A stretch of DNA of 64,000 nucleotides from Octopus sinensis (lineage: Eukaryota): the NCBI RefSeq assembly GCF_006345805.1, contig NC_042997.1, positions 91,264,001-91,328,000 on the forward strand, in the 5' to 3' direction. How positions within the stretch are numbered: the first letter of the stretch is position 1; each line of letters begins with the position of its first letter. The notes below the pieces were generated by a model. The model saw only the letters and a program-made list of their open reading frames with translations. It had not been told where the DNA came from and made no database searches. Position numbers and translations under genes: made by a program. Shown piece by piece: positions 1 to 13,895 of this stretch.

Positions 1-97
1 CACTGTACATTTGATGTGTGTCTTGTTGGTTTACTGTGCCCTTTTCAACATTTACCCAATCCATTTAATGCTATAGAAATTAAAATGAAGTAGCAGC

Positions 98-1421
98 CTT
101 GTAAATATGGAGACTCTTGAAAGGGTTACTCAAATGCTCACATTCATGCAAACACATATATAATAATGATAATAATAATGAAATTAATTGTATACAGTGC
201 TCAGGTGCACCACAACTTGTCAGAAAGTGCATATAAAGTACATGCAGTAATGTAGAAATGTCTGGAAAGCGAACAATGTATATGAGTCAGATACATGCTT
301 GTGTGTGTATGGAGGGGAGAAAATCAAGTGTAGTGTTGGCGAATCTCAGGAAGCATGGAAGTTTTGAAGGATGCAGTGCTCCGACAACTAACAACTGATG
401 CCGGCAGTTTGTTCCATGCTTCAGCAACTCTCAGCGTGAAAAAATGTTTCCTGAAGTCATGGGAGCTGTGCTGTTTTCTTACTTTGTAAATATGTCCACG
501 GGTGTTAGATGGGTGGAGTTTGAAAAGGTGCTCAGAGTTATTGTTTGTACGATGGTTGATAATTTTATGGGTGTCTGCTAAGTCAGCCGCCAGACGTCGG
601 AGTTTCAATGTGTCCATGCCCAGGGAAGTAAGGCGTTCAGGATATGGCAAATGCCTGATGGAGGGTATTCTTTTGGTTTCACGTCGCATCCCATATTTGG
701 GCATATTGGAAACTCACATGTCCTCCTATATACTCATACACTCATATGCGTGTATGGGAAAGCATGTATTTGCTCACATGAATATATTTATATAAAAAAG
801 TTACTGGGTAACTAGCTCATAGGGTACTCGTTTTCATTTGTAAAAATAAAAAGTATTTCATTATCTTGGTTTATCAAGTAAATAGCAGGATTTATTCTGA
901 AAAAATTAAGAGGCTACTATTTTTCTCAAGTGTTTTTTTCTCTATTAAGTACTTAAAAATCAGCCCTTTTTAGGCTCTTTGAAATTTAAAAAAAATAAAA
1001 TCAACACATTTTTTAACTCTAAGCAGAAAAAAAAAAAGCTATAGTTTTTGTGTTCTAAAGCCCTCAAAAAAGCAAAAAAAAAACCCCTGATTTTATAGTT
1101 TTGACACTTTTTAATCCTTCAGTGTTTAAACAATCAAGACCTCTAATTCCTCTATGAAATCTTGATAAACCAAGATAATGAAATACTTTTTATTTTAACA
1201 AATGAAAATGAATACCCTATGAGCTGGTTGCCCAGTAACTTTTTTATATAAATATATTCATGTGAGCAAATACATGCTTTCCCATACACGCATATGAGTG
1301 TATGAGTATATAGGAGAACACGTGAGTTTCTAATATGCCCAAATATGAGATGCCTGTATAAATGTGTTTGCACGAATGTGAGCATTTGAGTAACCCTTTC
1401 TAGAGTCTCCATATTTACAAG
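98..1421. repeat. Long inverted repeat / MITE-like fold-back; left arm split by a CR1 insertion
   Basis: Segments 98-160 and 686-878 together are the reverse complement of 1161-1421 (cttgtaaatatggagactc... / ...gagtctccatatttacaag); spacer 879-1160. Confidence 0.8.
161..690 (-). mobile_element. CR1-group LINE, 5'-truncated 3' end
   Basis: Minus ORF ending at 324 (YPERLTSLGMDTLKLRR...NTRGHIYKV...FFTLRVAEAWNKLP) is a typical CR1 ORF2 C-terminus, followed by a short 3'UTR and an (ATT)n-like tail at about 161-185. Confidence 0.85.
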
Positions 1422-3319
1422 AAAATAAAAAAATCAGGTTAGTGAACTCTTGTAGCTTTCAGATAATGTGAGGGCTTTCTTCCAGAAAGCACAGAACTGG
1501 GAGAAAAGCAAAATTCACTGAGGTGGCTGTCAACAGAAAAAATATTGACTTCCATAATGTGGAAAAATAAATGGAAGGAAAAAAGTTGGTAAATATTTCA
1601 GTGTGAATGCAAATAGCTGTTTTGTGGTAGCAGGGCATGTTAGAAATAGCAGCCAATCTTTCCTTTTCTGGAAAAAGGAGCCATTCACATGTGATTTTGA
1701 TGTCACATTTGTTGAAGGCATGTAAAATAACCTGGAAAAGAAAAAAAAAAAATCTGCAAAACAAAACTTTTGGTTGGAAACTTTGAGATCCTCACCATTC
1801 CTCCAACCTTTCTTTTCTGGAAAAAAGTGGCTTGCGGAGGGCTAGGAGGTCATATACGTTGAATGCACCTGAGAAAAACTGTGGAAAAAAATTATTCCAC
1901 ACCAAGGTATGAAGTATTTACCAAAAGAATAAAATCTTGTACCGATTATACCTATATTTTAATTAATTCAAATTAATGTACCTCTTCTTAAAAAGTGGCA
2001 AAATTTTTGTCAGTTGCCATCTGAAATATTTTAGTAACAAATCAAACAGGTGAGATGCATTTAAGAATTTCAATTTTAGTGTTTATCCATAATGTTATTG
2101 CTTTTACACCTGATAATTAAATTTATCTGCCCATAAAAGTCAAATTTACTCAGCAAGATCAGCTAAAATTACATAACAGTAAACCAGTGGTATATAAAGC
2201 AGCCATTGATGAAATTTTAAATCTGTAGGTAAAAAATTTACAAAGTTCAAGCAAATATTGTAGACACCCTCTTGAATCAGAATAATTCAAAATAACGTGA
2301 AGAAAGCATTACATTTGACAGATTAATATGAATACTTAAGATGTTTTAGGTGTATTTTTACTTACACACACACATAACACTGCCTCACTCATTTGGGACT
2401 ACATGTATGTTACTTTGACATCATCATTCCATAAAATTTGTTTATGGGAAGAAAAATATTGAAAAATATCAATAGATGTGTGAGTGAGAAAGAAACGAGA
2501 CGGTAAGTTTTGGAATGTGCTAGAAACAACAGCCGGATCTCTCTTAAATCATACATTTTCCTCTGAAATTATTAACAATTTTTTTTAAAACTGAAAATGT
2601 TTCTCTCACGCGTTTTAAGGGTATAGTGAAAAAAAAATAGCCAAAATTGTTTCAGACTGGGGTGGTGAGGAGGTGGCAGGAGCAAAAAAAAATTTTCAAA
2701 CTTTTTTCCCACTTTTTTTGTGAAAAGATGCTTCCCATCATTCTGAAGACTGGTGAAAAACATTGGAAAAAGTCCCTGTCAGGACGGAGAAATTCCAACT
2801 TATGTGGGCTGTCTGACCCAAAACTCCATTTTCCAGACCCCCATTCCCTTCCAAAAATTTTGCCTACAAATTTCTTTTTAATAGTAATCTACACTGTTTG
2901 AAAGGTATTTTATAAAATTTCATTAAGAAATTCCTATTTTCCAGAAAGTTACGTGAGGGAAAATGTCGGGTCCTGTAAATTTTCTGAAACTCCTCTCCTC
3001 AAACCCTCGGAAAATTTTTCCAATAAATCTATACATATACTCAACCTACAGGATATAAGCGATTATTCAGTGAAAGTTTCGTTAAAAAGTATCCATTTCT
3101 CTGGAATTTATGAAGCAACAAAATCGTTGGGGTATTAAACTGTAGATATGCTTTTTTCAATAAAAAGTTAACATTAACAGATTAACGTTAACTTCTGTTA
3201 CATTTTCAAAGAATTAACGGATTAACGATTAACGAAGTTAACTTTTTGGTTAATGGATTAATGATTAACAAAATTAACTTTTCGATTAACAGTGCCCACC
3301 TCTGTATATATGTATATAT

Positions 3320-3548
3320 TTATGTGTGTGTGTCTTTGTACCTGTGTTTGTTCCCCCACCATCACTTAACCAATGTTGGTGTATTTACGTCCCTGTAACT
3401 TAGCGGTTTGGTAAAAGAGACCAATAGAATAAGTACTAGGCTTACAAATAATACATCCTGGGGTTGATTTCTTCGACTAAAAATCCTCCAAAGTGGTACT
3501 ACAGCATGGCTGCAGTTGAATAACTGAAACAAGTAAAAGAATAAAAGA
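3320..3548 (+). mobile_element. SINE 3' half (CORE-type family, CR1-like tail)
   Basis: Matches the body and tail of the full copy at 19301-19737 (gtccctgtaacttagcgg...gaataagtactaggcttac...cagcatggctgcag...ctgaaacaagtaaaaga). Confidence 0.8.
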
Positions 3549-4428
3549 AATTGAATAGCTAGGAGGGTCCGTCCAAGTAAAATCGGAATCAAAGGGGCCA
3601 TAGGTAAAAGATTGTTGAGAACCACTGATTTAGGTGGATATATTCTTGTTGATGTTATATTTCTATGTGTATTAGCTGCTCACTTAATGATCTCTCACAT
3701 CAGAATTAGCCATCTGGAAATGATTGAAGTATTAAGTTATTTATCTATATAGAGCTAAAAGTGATTTTAACCATTGAGAGTTAAGTCTCTTGACTATGCA
3801 GACACAGCATAGTACCAAAATTTGATTCATCAATCCTTCAGCTGGTTGTACTAAACCTTACTGATTTGGTTGTCTACACTCTTGATAATCCATTAGATAT
3901 TTAAATCTGACTTTCTCATCAGTAATTGCACCTATGGGTTTTGCAAAATACGACTCAACAGGCAATCTTCTTTTTCCTAGACATAAAAATAGTATCAAGC
4001 TGTTTAAAAGATACTGCTGCATCATGTAATAGTAAATAATTCCCTGTAATAAACTGAAGTTAATGGTTAAACGATATCAGTTATTCTAAGTTCTGTTTGC
4101 CATATACCCAACTCTTTAATTGGTTACATGTATTTTATTGATTGGCTCAAATGTTCTATATTGAGATATTTCAAAGTAACAAAACTGCTAATAACAACCC
4201 AATGAGGGTGCCTCTATATGGCAACTTGCCCAGCTAGAATTAGCAGCTAAATCTTCCTCAACTCATATCTAACTATCTTAAAAGGAAAGGAGGTATTAGA
4301 TAATGTGATCCTTATCTCAGAAAAAAAAAGAGTGAGGTAATTATACCTCTGAATAGGGTGTTGGTCTATTGAGGGAGATATTCCTATAGGAATAATAAGT
4401 GAAATACTTTTGATTATAGGTCTTCTCA

Positions 4429-4566
4429 AGAAGAAGAAGAAGAAGAAGAAGAAGAGAAGAAGAAGAAGAAGAAGAAGAAGAAGAAGAAGAAGGAGGAGAA
4501 GAAGAAGAAGAAGAAGAAGAAGAAGAAGAAGAAGAAGAAGAAGAAGAGAAGAAGAAGAAGAAGAAG
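4429..4566. repeat. (GAA)n microsatellite, about 140 bp
   Basis: Near-pure aagaag run; it explains the poly-L/S/K/R/E ORFs at 4247-4661. Confidence 0.98.
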
Positions 4567-5409
4567 ATTGCAGTTGCAGTAGAAAAACACAAATATTTAA
4601 TCTTACCTTTGATGAATTATACAAAGCTATTGAAATAATAATTTGTTTCTTAGTCAAATGAATTCCAACTCTGTGTATTAAAATTTACTTGAACTTTGTT
4701 ACTCATCATTCTAACAGAATCATTTCCATTTTTGTTGCTGTAGTGGGGCTTAGATTCAAAACCACATCAGCTCAGTAATGAGAAATAGGCTACAACGTAT
4801 CAAGTGATTAGCCCTGAATTCTGACCAATCATATTTCAGATGCATCATTTGAGTGTACAATTTCAAATGGAAATTTCCATGTGTGTCCTGTCAAAACATG
4901 GCCATAAATTGAGATGTGTACCACAATCAGTGCAAAGATTGAAAGAGGTTCCTGAGAGGACAAACAAACACAGGATTCTTCGTTGGATGCTTGACCTTAA
5001 GTTAAAAGGAATCACTTTGTTTACTATGAGCACAATAGTCTCACTTCTCCAAGCATGTACACACAACATTAATTCTTACCTATCACCCCACATGATGATG
5101 TAGCTATCCAATTCTTGGTCAAAATACATATACAACTTACTACTGATAATCAATGATACAGCCTCCAGCAAGTAACAATTGTAATCATTCATTTGGTTTT
5201 CATATGGGCAACAATATGCAGCAAAAATCAGTTTAAACCAAAATATTCTAATACCCATCAAATCAAAGTTATATTGTTATTACAATTGTTATACAAGATA
5301 AAAATAGAGTGATAGAAACATTTAAGAAAAGAAGGCAGACAAACACATATGTATCAATAATTGTTTAAAAAAAAAAAGATCAAAGGTCCTTTTTGAGCTA
5401 TAGGCTCAT

Positions 5410-5626
5410 AAGGCCACTTTCCCATATCTTGTGGCTTATATATTCCCCACTAGATAAGACACAAGTTCATTGTAAGATTACTCATTTTTGCCAGCTGAAT
5501 AGAATAAAGCAACATAAAATGAAGTGTTTTGCTCAAGAACACATTTCACTGCCTAGTCCAAGAATCAAAACCATAATCTTATGATCATAAGTGCAATACC
5601 CTAATCACTAAGCCACACACCTCCAC
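5410..5626 (-). mobile_element. tRNA-derived SINE (same family as 56987-57240)
   Basis: Reverse complement starts ggaggtgtgtggcttagtgattaggg... and continues ...gtgttcttgagcaaaacacttcatttt...cagctggcaaaaatgagtaa. Confidence 0.75.
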
Positions 5627-6009
5627 AATTGTTTTGAACAGGATTAGAAAAAACGACATAGCATTTGAATGGACAAATGCTGGACTATTGGTCCATCAGT
5701 AATATATTGCACTGGATATACTTGGCGGGAAGATGTGTATGTTACAGTTCCAACAATATTAATTCTACTGTGACTTCTCTGAAGCATAGTCAACCAAATT
5801 AAACAAGTCTTGCAAGTATATACAAGTATTGATATGGTAATATTAGAGTAGTGATTGAACTTTAACTGTTGAGTCAAAAAAACTTCTTCACTGAGTTGGA
5901 ATAAGTAACTAGCATATCTACATATCCTGATGGTTTCAGTATATCCCCAACATGAAGCTTCCTCTTCCTTATAATCATACTGATAATGCTTGAACTAAAC
6001 AGTTGGTGC

Positions 6010-6240
6010 AACTGATGGTTTAGAAATGTTAGCACACCGGGCGAAATGCTTAGCAGTATTTCGTCTGTTGCTACATTCTGAGTTCAAATTCCGCAGAGGT
6101 CGACTTTGCCTTTCATCCTTTTGGGGTTGATTAAATAAGTACCAGTTACGCACTGGGGTCGATGTAATCGACTTAATCCGTTTGTCTGTCCTTGTTTGTC
6201 CCTTCTGTGTTTAGCCCTTGTGGGTAGTAAAGAAATAGGT
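6010..6240 (+). mobile_element. SINE with Nin-like central domain
   Basis: Head (agcacaccgggcgaaatgcttagc...ctgagttcaaattcc), central gcctttcatccttttggggttgattaaataagtacc resembling the Nin domain, tail ...cccttgtgggtagtaaagaaat. Confidence 0.75.
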
Positions 6241-7213
6241 TTCACTAAGTACATTCTCAAAATTCCACTTATATTCTTAACTTAGCAACCTTTCATAACA
6301 ATTTTTGCAAGTCTTTTTTTTTCTTCTTTAGTGCCATTGAGGTCAAGTCCATTAGTGTCATCTCAATGCATATCTCTCCAATGATATCTTAGTTCATACA
6401 AATATACTGCCTTACCACTTTGGAATACTTCATACTTGTTATTTTCAATGTATAGAAAACTATTAAATTTCCACTTCTCAGTTTCTTTCTTAGCTAAATA
6501 AATATCTGAAACAATGGCCAGAATAAGAACTGTTTAATGTTCACAATACAGAGAAACAGGGAATTTTTGATAAGTAGGAGAGTTAGGGGCACAACAAAGG
6601 CAAAACATTATTTTAGATAAATTAACAAAAGATGCTTTAAATCCAAGAAGCTAGAAATTTTTGTTTGGCACTAAAAATTATATTGTTTTAAACACATGTC
6701 ATGAGGATTTAAATATACAAGTTTTGCAAAGGAAAGTGTAGAATGTAAAAGACAGATGTTGGGAGGGTTGAAAGAGAATATTTTGTAAGTTAGAGATAGA
6801 TCAGGAAGATATCTGTCCAATAGTTTTATCGTCATATTTAACTTTCATGGAAAATGTCCTTATCCATTATTAAGAAACAAGTGTAGAAATAAAAAACAAA
6901 CAATTGATAGGTTAAATTCCCTCACTGTTTACCATAAGGAATATATTGGCTTTTAAGTGAGCCTTTCATAATTATACTCTCTTGTTGGGCAATAGTTATA
7001 AATAGGAGAAAGAAAATAATACTATACTGTACATCAATTCTTAGCAATAGAAAATTTGGTCTCTGTTGGAAAACTTCATACACCAGTATCCTCTAGTGAA
7101 ATGTCAGTATTTTAGAGGAAATAAAAACTATAGAGTGAACTTACTAAGTATTGTAAGAGTCATTTAACCGAATACATCCACTATAAACCCACTGAACTGA
7201 TAAACAGTATATA

Positions 7214-9185
7214 CAGTAGTCCCCTGGTATTTATGGGTTTACGTTCCTAGAGCACCCACAAATAGTGAAAAGCCATAAATATTGGATGTGGTCCATAAAA
7301 ATGCCTTTAAATTGCAAAATATGATGTAATACACACACACGACACACATAAATATTTAATAGTAATTTAATAAAAAAATAAAGTAAATTGTATGGTTATT
7401 CACCAATAATGAATGATATTGATTTAAAATTATGATAATGAAAATAATGTTGGTGATGACTGCACAGTAAAGAAAATTTAAAGCTCTTTAGGTGATGGCT
7501 ATTCTTCAGGTGTTTTAGGTGATGTCATATCTTTGTGCAAGGTTTTCATGGTGGCCTTGAGGAAAATTGCGATGAGAAGTTGCTGTCATTTCTTCATGGT
7601 GGTGAGGAGAGTTTTATATGACTGCATGGCAGCATCGATGGCATTTATAAATTGGAGAGACCGAACCATATAAGGATCCCATACTTCCACCTTCCCTTGC
7701 AATTCCTTTGCTGTCCTTAAAAGGTCAGACAGACATTCAACTACCAGGCCCACCTCATCCTCCTCTTCTTCTGGATCTGGCATTTCCTCCTCCTCTTTGC
7801 TGGCAGACTTTGTTAACTCCATTAAATCTTTGTCTGTCAGAGTTTCAGAGTGGGCATCAATGAGGTTGTTAATTTCATTTGTGTGATGTCGTCAAAACCT
7901 TTACCAAGTACCTTTGCCAGTTTCACCGCATTATTGAGAGCCTCATGCTAAATATCTTCAAGTAAGAAGCCCTCATAGTCCTAGACACACATTCTTTCAG
8001 CATACAATGAAGGTTTCTGTTTTCATGTTTTTAAGAGCAGCGTGGATGACTGACAGTCATGTTGTGATCGTGAAGTTACACCAGTGCTCTTTTAACTTGA
8101 AATTCTCATCTGAATCCATTGCGTTCACAAGGTGTTCGAGCACACCTTGATCCATAGGCTGGATGAGGGAGATGGTATTGGCAGGGAGGAACTCGATTTG
8201 GACTCCCTCTTGATTCAGATCCAAAGAGTGACCACCAGCATTATCTATAATAAGCAACACCTTGAATTCCATGCATACGTTTTGGAGGTATTCCTTGGCT
8301 TGAAGGATGAAGCATTGGTGGAACCAATTCAAAGTTAGACTTTTGGTAATCCAGGCCTTGGGATTGTGCATCCAATGGACAGGCAGTAGGTTTTTATTCT
8401 TATTTTTGAAGGCCCTCGGGTTTGCAGATTTGTAGATAAATTCTGGTTTCATCATAAAGCCAGTAGCATTGCCACACATAATTTGTCCTGTGCCTTAAAT
8501 CCTAGGACTCTGGCTTCATCCTTCATGATGTATGTTCTGGAAGGCATCTTTTTCCAGAACAAGCCAGTCTCGCCCATATTGAAAACCTGTTTTGGCTTGT
8601 ATCCCTTGTCCTCAATGATCTGCCTGAAGGTCTCAAGGTATTTCTCAGTAGCTTCTTTGTTGGCTGATACTCTCTCTCCATGCAGGGAAACACATTTCAT
8701 TTTAAACCGTTTCTGGAAATGGTCAAACCATCCCTTGCTGGCTTGAAAATCTTCAAGCTCCAGTGCTGTCAATGGTCTTGGTTGCAGTTCCTCAGTGCCT
8801 TCTGCTCTGTCTCCTCTGTCGAACTGCTGGTATAATTTCAGCGCTTTTCTGCGAATGATGTTATTGCTCAAGGGAATGTTCTTCTTGCAGTCACTGATCC
8901 ACAATGCCAAGGCAGATTCCATCCTGATGAAGTGCTTGTTTCTCACTATCGTTATCTTTTTGTCACTTTCACAGAATCTTACTGCTATGGTAGTCCTGAT
9001 TGCCACCTCGTTCTTCTCTATGTAGTGTATGGTGCATTCATTGACAACATAATAGTGACCTACTGCTGCATAACTTTACTGCCAGAAGCCTTAGAAGGTG
9101 TAGGGTGTTTGGGTGGCATCTTAGGGCTTTAATAACATACTGTGAAAAACACAGCACTCAACAAAATACTTGAGATAGCTACTGG
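7214..9185 (-). mobile_element. pogo/Tigger-like DNA transposon, degenerate
   Basis: Frameshifted ORFs 8452-9006 (CENP-B-type HTH: MESALALWISD..., FQASKGWFDHFQKRF; VFNMGETGLFWKKMP) and 8057-8479 (NPKAWIT, LLIIDNAGGH, FLPANTISLIQPMDQGV). TA|CAGTAGTCCCC terminus at 7212-7224; right end poorly preserved. Confidence 0.88.
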
Positions 9186-9336
9186 ACGCAGTTTTTTTCC
9201 CCCAAACCTACAAAATATTCCTTTCATCTAATATGCACATACCACCAATGGGAGATTGAGCAGAGATTAAAAATAATCATGGCTTTGAAAAATTTAGTTT
9301 GTATTACCACTTAGATACAGTAATCTATACTATAAT

Positions 9337-9388
<52 letters not shown>

Positions 9389-10499
9389 TCGGGACAGGCA
9401 AGTAATCTAATTTCAATGATGCTATATTAGCTCACAACCTTAAAAATTATCCTGTCGAAATAAACAGTGTGTATGATCAAATGTAGCGATTAATGTTCAG
9501 TATTGTGTTGTATATATCTTTGATCTGTCATTGGCAGCCAGTGTGTATGTGTGAAATAAAGATAGATGTCACTATACTAATTAGCAAGCTTTGATTGAAA
9601 GCAGGAATAAGAGATACAAGATACAGTGTACTTGTATTTAAAACAATCAAGTGATTTCATGCATGGCTATTCTAATCAGAGGGAGCTTCAATTCCAAAGG
9701 GGCATCCAGTAAGTTGGAAAATACGGTATATTGTTATTAATAATTTAGCCTTAGAAAGTGTAAAAAAATATATATTGCCATGAAAAAAACCCATAAAAAA
9801 TCACAGATGATAGTTACAATTCTGTGAACAATTATTAGTTCCACAAATAACTGGGAATGAATGCTAAATCGTGAATAAGCAGGGATACATTGTACTGGTA
9901 AAGACAGCCAAGGTTTGTTAGTTTAATCTCAGTGGAAAAATTTACCTTGTAAGTTGTTTAACCAGATTGTTTCCCTTTTGTATAAGAATGATATTCTCAT
10001 GGCATTCCTTATGGCATTCCTTCTCATGGCATTCCCTAAAAAGCTAAATCTCTTTGAAACATGATTAATCAGATTTTCATTAGCATAGAGAGGAGGAGTA
10101 GCTAAAGTGTTATCATTACAGCTCAAGAGTTATGAACTCATATCCCATCATTGTCATTGTGTCTTGAGTGTAAAGCAGTAAAAAAATTCTCCAACATTAT
10201 CTGTATATATGAAAGGCAGGATTATGTGTGTGTGTGTGTGTGTGTGTGTGTACGTGAATGTAGTTTATGCACATCCACAAATTAGTACACATGTCGCTCA
10301 AGTTTTAGGAGGACATTCATCATGACCCTGGCTGTATTTTCGTCAAATTATTTTCCCCTGAGGCACTAGCAAATAGTGGTAAAAATAATTTTAACCATAA
10401 CTTCTAACAATTTTCAAGTCGGAGAAATACATCATCATTTGCAAATATGAGTTAAGTCCCCTTCTAGCAACAGTGTAAAGAGAGGGAGGGAGAGAGAGA

Positions 10500-10541
<42 letters not shown>

Positions 10542-10709
10542 ACAGATTTTTTAAAATATCGTCTTTTTAGTGAGTGATTGACATGCAAAAACAGAAAGAC
10601 AGGGGTTGTCATGTTTGTATGTGTGAATAGCTTCAGTCATACACACACACACTCATGTGAACATGTATGCGTACAAAACACATGTATGCAATGTGCGTGT
10701 GTGTGTTGT

Positions 10710-11200
10710 CCATCATCATCATCATCATCATCATTTAACGTCCGCTTTCCATGCTAGCATGGGTTGGACGGTTCAACTGGGGTCTGGGGAGCCCGAAAGC
10801 TGCACCAGTCCAGTCAGATCTGGCAGTGTTTCTACAGCTGGATGCCCTTCCTAACGCCAACCACTCCGAGAGTGTAGTGGGTGATTTTATGTGCCACCGA
10901 CACAGGTGCCAGACGAGGCTGGCAAACGGCCACGCTCGGATGGTGTTTTTTATGTGCCACCGACACAGGTGCCAGACGAGGCTGGCAGACGGCCACGCTC
11001 GGATGGTGTTTTTATGTGCCACCGACACAGGTGCCAGATGAGGCTGGCAAAACGGCCACGATCGGATGGTGCTTGTTACGTGCCCACAGCACGGAGGCCA
11101 GTCGATGCGGTACTGGCTACGGCCATGTTCGGATGGTTTTCTTGTGTACCACGTGCCACCGGCACTGGTACCACAAGGATACAAATTCCATTGATGTTCA

Positions 11201-11203
<3 letters not shown>
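10710..11203 (-). mobile_element. RTE LINE 3'UTR fragment (same family as 31128-35178)
   Basis: (CAT)n tail followed by ttaacgtccgctttccatgctagcatggg and three gtgccaccgacacaggtgccag repeats; truncated into (TA)n. Confidence 0.9.
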
Positions 11204-11240
<37 letters not shown>

Positions 11241-12879
11241 ATATAAATGATATTCGCCGTTTCTCCACAACTCATTTCCAAATTAGTGAATCCGTTGCTC
11301 TACTCATTGCAACATATAGCTGGTCATGCATGAACATGGGAGAGAGCCGAAGTTACCAGAGCAAAAATCCTAAGTGTTGACTGTAGACATGCTCCTTCAT
11401 AAACAATCAGCTACTATTTTGTAAACAATGTTTCGAAACTGTTCATGTTTTTGAAAGGAGAGATCTAACTCTCACATCTCTGCAGGAGAAAGTAGGCATC
11501 TCTATTCCTCTTTCAAAACTTACGTCTAGATGCCAAATTTGCTTCAATTGATGGTATTACTCAGGTAGGTGGGGACAGGGGTAGGGGCAAGGGCATACAA
11601 AAACATGTATGCAATAGGTGTATGTACGTATATGTTTGTGCTTGTGTGTGTTGTGTATGTTGCCCATATATATATATATATATATATATACTTGTGATCT
11701 AGACATAACTGCTTCTCACACAGAGGATCAAGAGCCCTTTTGGGCACTCTATTTTCTTTGCTGGAAGGGTTCCCAACACATGGGCAAAGTGGGAGTTACA
11801 TGATTGGAGTGGTGTTTTCAAAAGGGTTGGTATATGCAACTTGATCACCTCTGCTGATCAAACTCCCAACCCATGCACTCCTGTTGCGACACTGATTCTG
11901 CAGAACTGGGTTGGGTATGAAAGCCAACTTTAAAGTATAAATATAGATGTTTTTGAATCAGCAATGTTTGGTTAAGTCCTATTTGGGGTGAAAAATCAAT
12001 AAACTGATTCCTTATGGGGTTTTCCATTTAATCAGAATAAAAAAAATTGATAAACAAATTCCTTAAAGGACTTCCCACTAAAATTGGTTACACCCCATTT
12101 TCAACCATAACGTCTATCAATTTTGATGTATTTTGTTCAAACTTGATGCCAGCATTACTTAGGACTCATGAGATCTTTGAATCCTTTAAGTTCTCCAAAA
12201 ACAAAAACAATAAAAAAAAAATCGATGAGTGGAAAAAAATCAATAAACCAATTCCTTAAGGGATTTCCCAATCAAATTGTCTGCAACTCATTTTCAGCCA
12301 AAAGTTTACCAATTTCAATGGATTTCACTCAAATTTGACGTCGATGTTACTTAATTTGGTTTGAAATAAAGAGCTTGATTAGCTTAATAATCCTAACTTA
12401 ATCTTGAGCAAAGCCGGGCTGTACTATAAGTTAGCAATAAAGTAACAGAAAAATTCAACTTAGTGCTGTAAAAGTAAACTAAAATTGTCAGATAATTTCG
12501 TGGTTAACAGAGGCTGGGATCAAATCCATTTACATAAAGATGAAAATGAAATTATCTATAATTAGACATTTAAAATTTCCTTAGTGTAGAGTCAAACTAA
12601 TTCTAACACTTGGTTTTGCCAATTTTTCATTTGATGTTTCAAGTCTATACTCTTCAACAGAAAGGATTGAGAGTACAAAAAATGGAGTGAGAATGAAAAA
12701 ATGAAGAGAGAAAAGAATGTGAAGGGATTAATGGTTCATATACAGCATGCGGTGAATAAACTGTTGTCTAAATTATGCAAAAATGAAAATAACACTGACA
12801 TCTCATTTTAACAGATATATTTACCAAAATTACATTAAAAATTCTTGAAAAACTAAAGACTAAACTTATTCAATAAAAT

Positions 12880-13620
12880 TGCTATTGGCTCCAACCACAG
12901 CCTCCAGAAAACTTCGGAATTTCCTGCAACTCTTCTGGATGGTTTAAGTTGGTGAATGCTGTCATAATCCTTGCCTTCAGTTCATCTTTGGTTTTACGAG
13001 GAGTTTTGCTGGTCTCTTACTCAACTGTGCCCCATGTACAATAATCAAGGGGGTTGCTGTCTGGGGAATTAGGTGGGCAGATATTAGGGATGATGTGGTC
13101 ACAGAAACTGTCTGACAGCCATGACTGGGTTCTCCTGCTCATGTGGCATGGTGCATAGTTCTGTTGCTGGATATAGGGTCTTTCAGCAGCCACCCTCTTC
13201 ACCCAGAGCAGCACTACCTCCTCCAAGCACTTGATGCAGGCCTCTTGACGTTGAGTCTGATGTTGAGTCTGAGGCCATGTGGGAAGATGAATGGAGGCAT
13301 AATGTCACCATCACAAGTGATCCTTCCAAACACCATGATGTTGACTGGATGTTGGATTTTTATCACTCTTGGTACATGTCCTCAGACTGACACCCAAACA
13401 CTCTGAAATGTTCATATTGGAGCTTTTGGTGTGAATACCAAGCAGTACAGCATGTCATTTCCAAATTTCTGGCACAGTGAATTGCGTCATGGTGGTGTTT
13501 TTCTCAGACAGTGCCCAACTGACCCTACTTTACTGTGTAGTCAACAAAATCCAAAACAAACAATGTACATGCACAAAATTAAAAATATAAAATGGTGATA
13601 ATTTACTTATCATACCCTGT
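12880..13620 (-). mobile_element. Tc1/mariner DD37D (maT-type) transposon remnant
   Basis: Minus translation EEVVLLWVKRVAA..QQ[N]YAPCH..PPNSPDSNPLDY has 37 residues between the degenerate second and the third catalytic position; candidate terminus TA|CAGGGTATGATAA at about 13608-13622. Confidence 0.8.
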
Positions 13621-13689
13621 ATATATATATATGTATATATATATAATGTATGTATGTATGTATGTATGTATGTATGTATGTATCTATAT

Positions 13690-13895
13690 ATGTGTTTGTT
13701 TTTGTGTTTGTCCATCACTGCCACTTGACAACCAGTGTTGATTTGTTTACATCCCCATAACTTAGTGGTTTGACAAAAAGACACTGATAGAATAAGCACC
13801 AAATTTTTAAAAAGTATCAAGGTGGATTTGTTCTGTAAAACCCTTCAAGGAGGTACTCCAGCATGGCAGGAGTCTAATGATAAAAAAACAAAAGA
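13690..13895 (+). mobile_element. SINE 3' half (CORE-type family)
   Basis: ccacttgacaaccagtgttg...gatagaataagcacc...ggtactccagcatggcagg. Confidence 0.7.

Noticed and set aside
4247-4661. ORFs with poly-Leu/Ser/Lys/Arg/Glu
   Set aside because: Translations of the (GAA)n microsatellite in different frames.
4606-4673. Possible minus-strand exon (acag|..VGIHLTKKQIIISIALYNSSK|gtaaga)
   Set aside because: Donor is good, but the acceptor is weak, the peptide is unrecognisable and no partner exons were found.
5850-5990. GDILKPSGYVDMLVTY, faintly like a Gypsy protease segment (minus)
   Set aside because: Too short, no catalytic motif or neighbouring domains.
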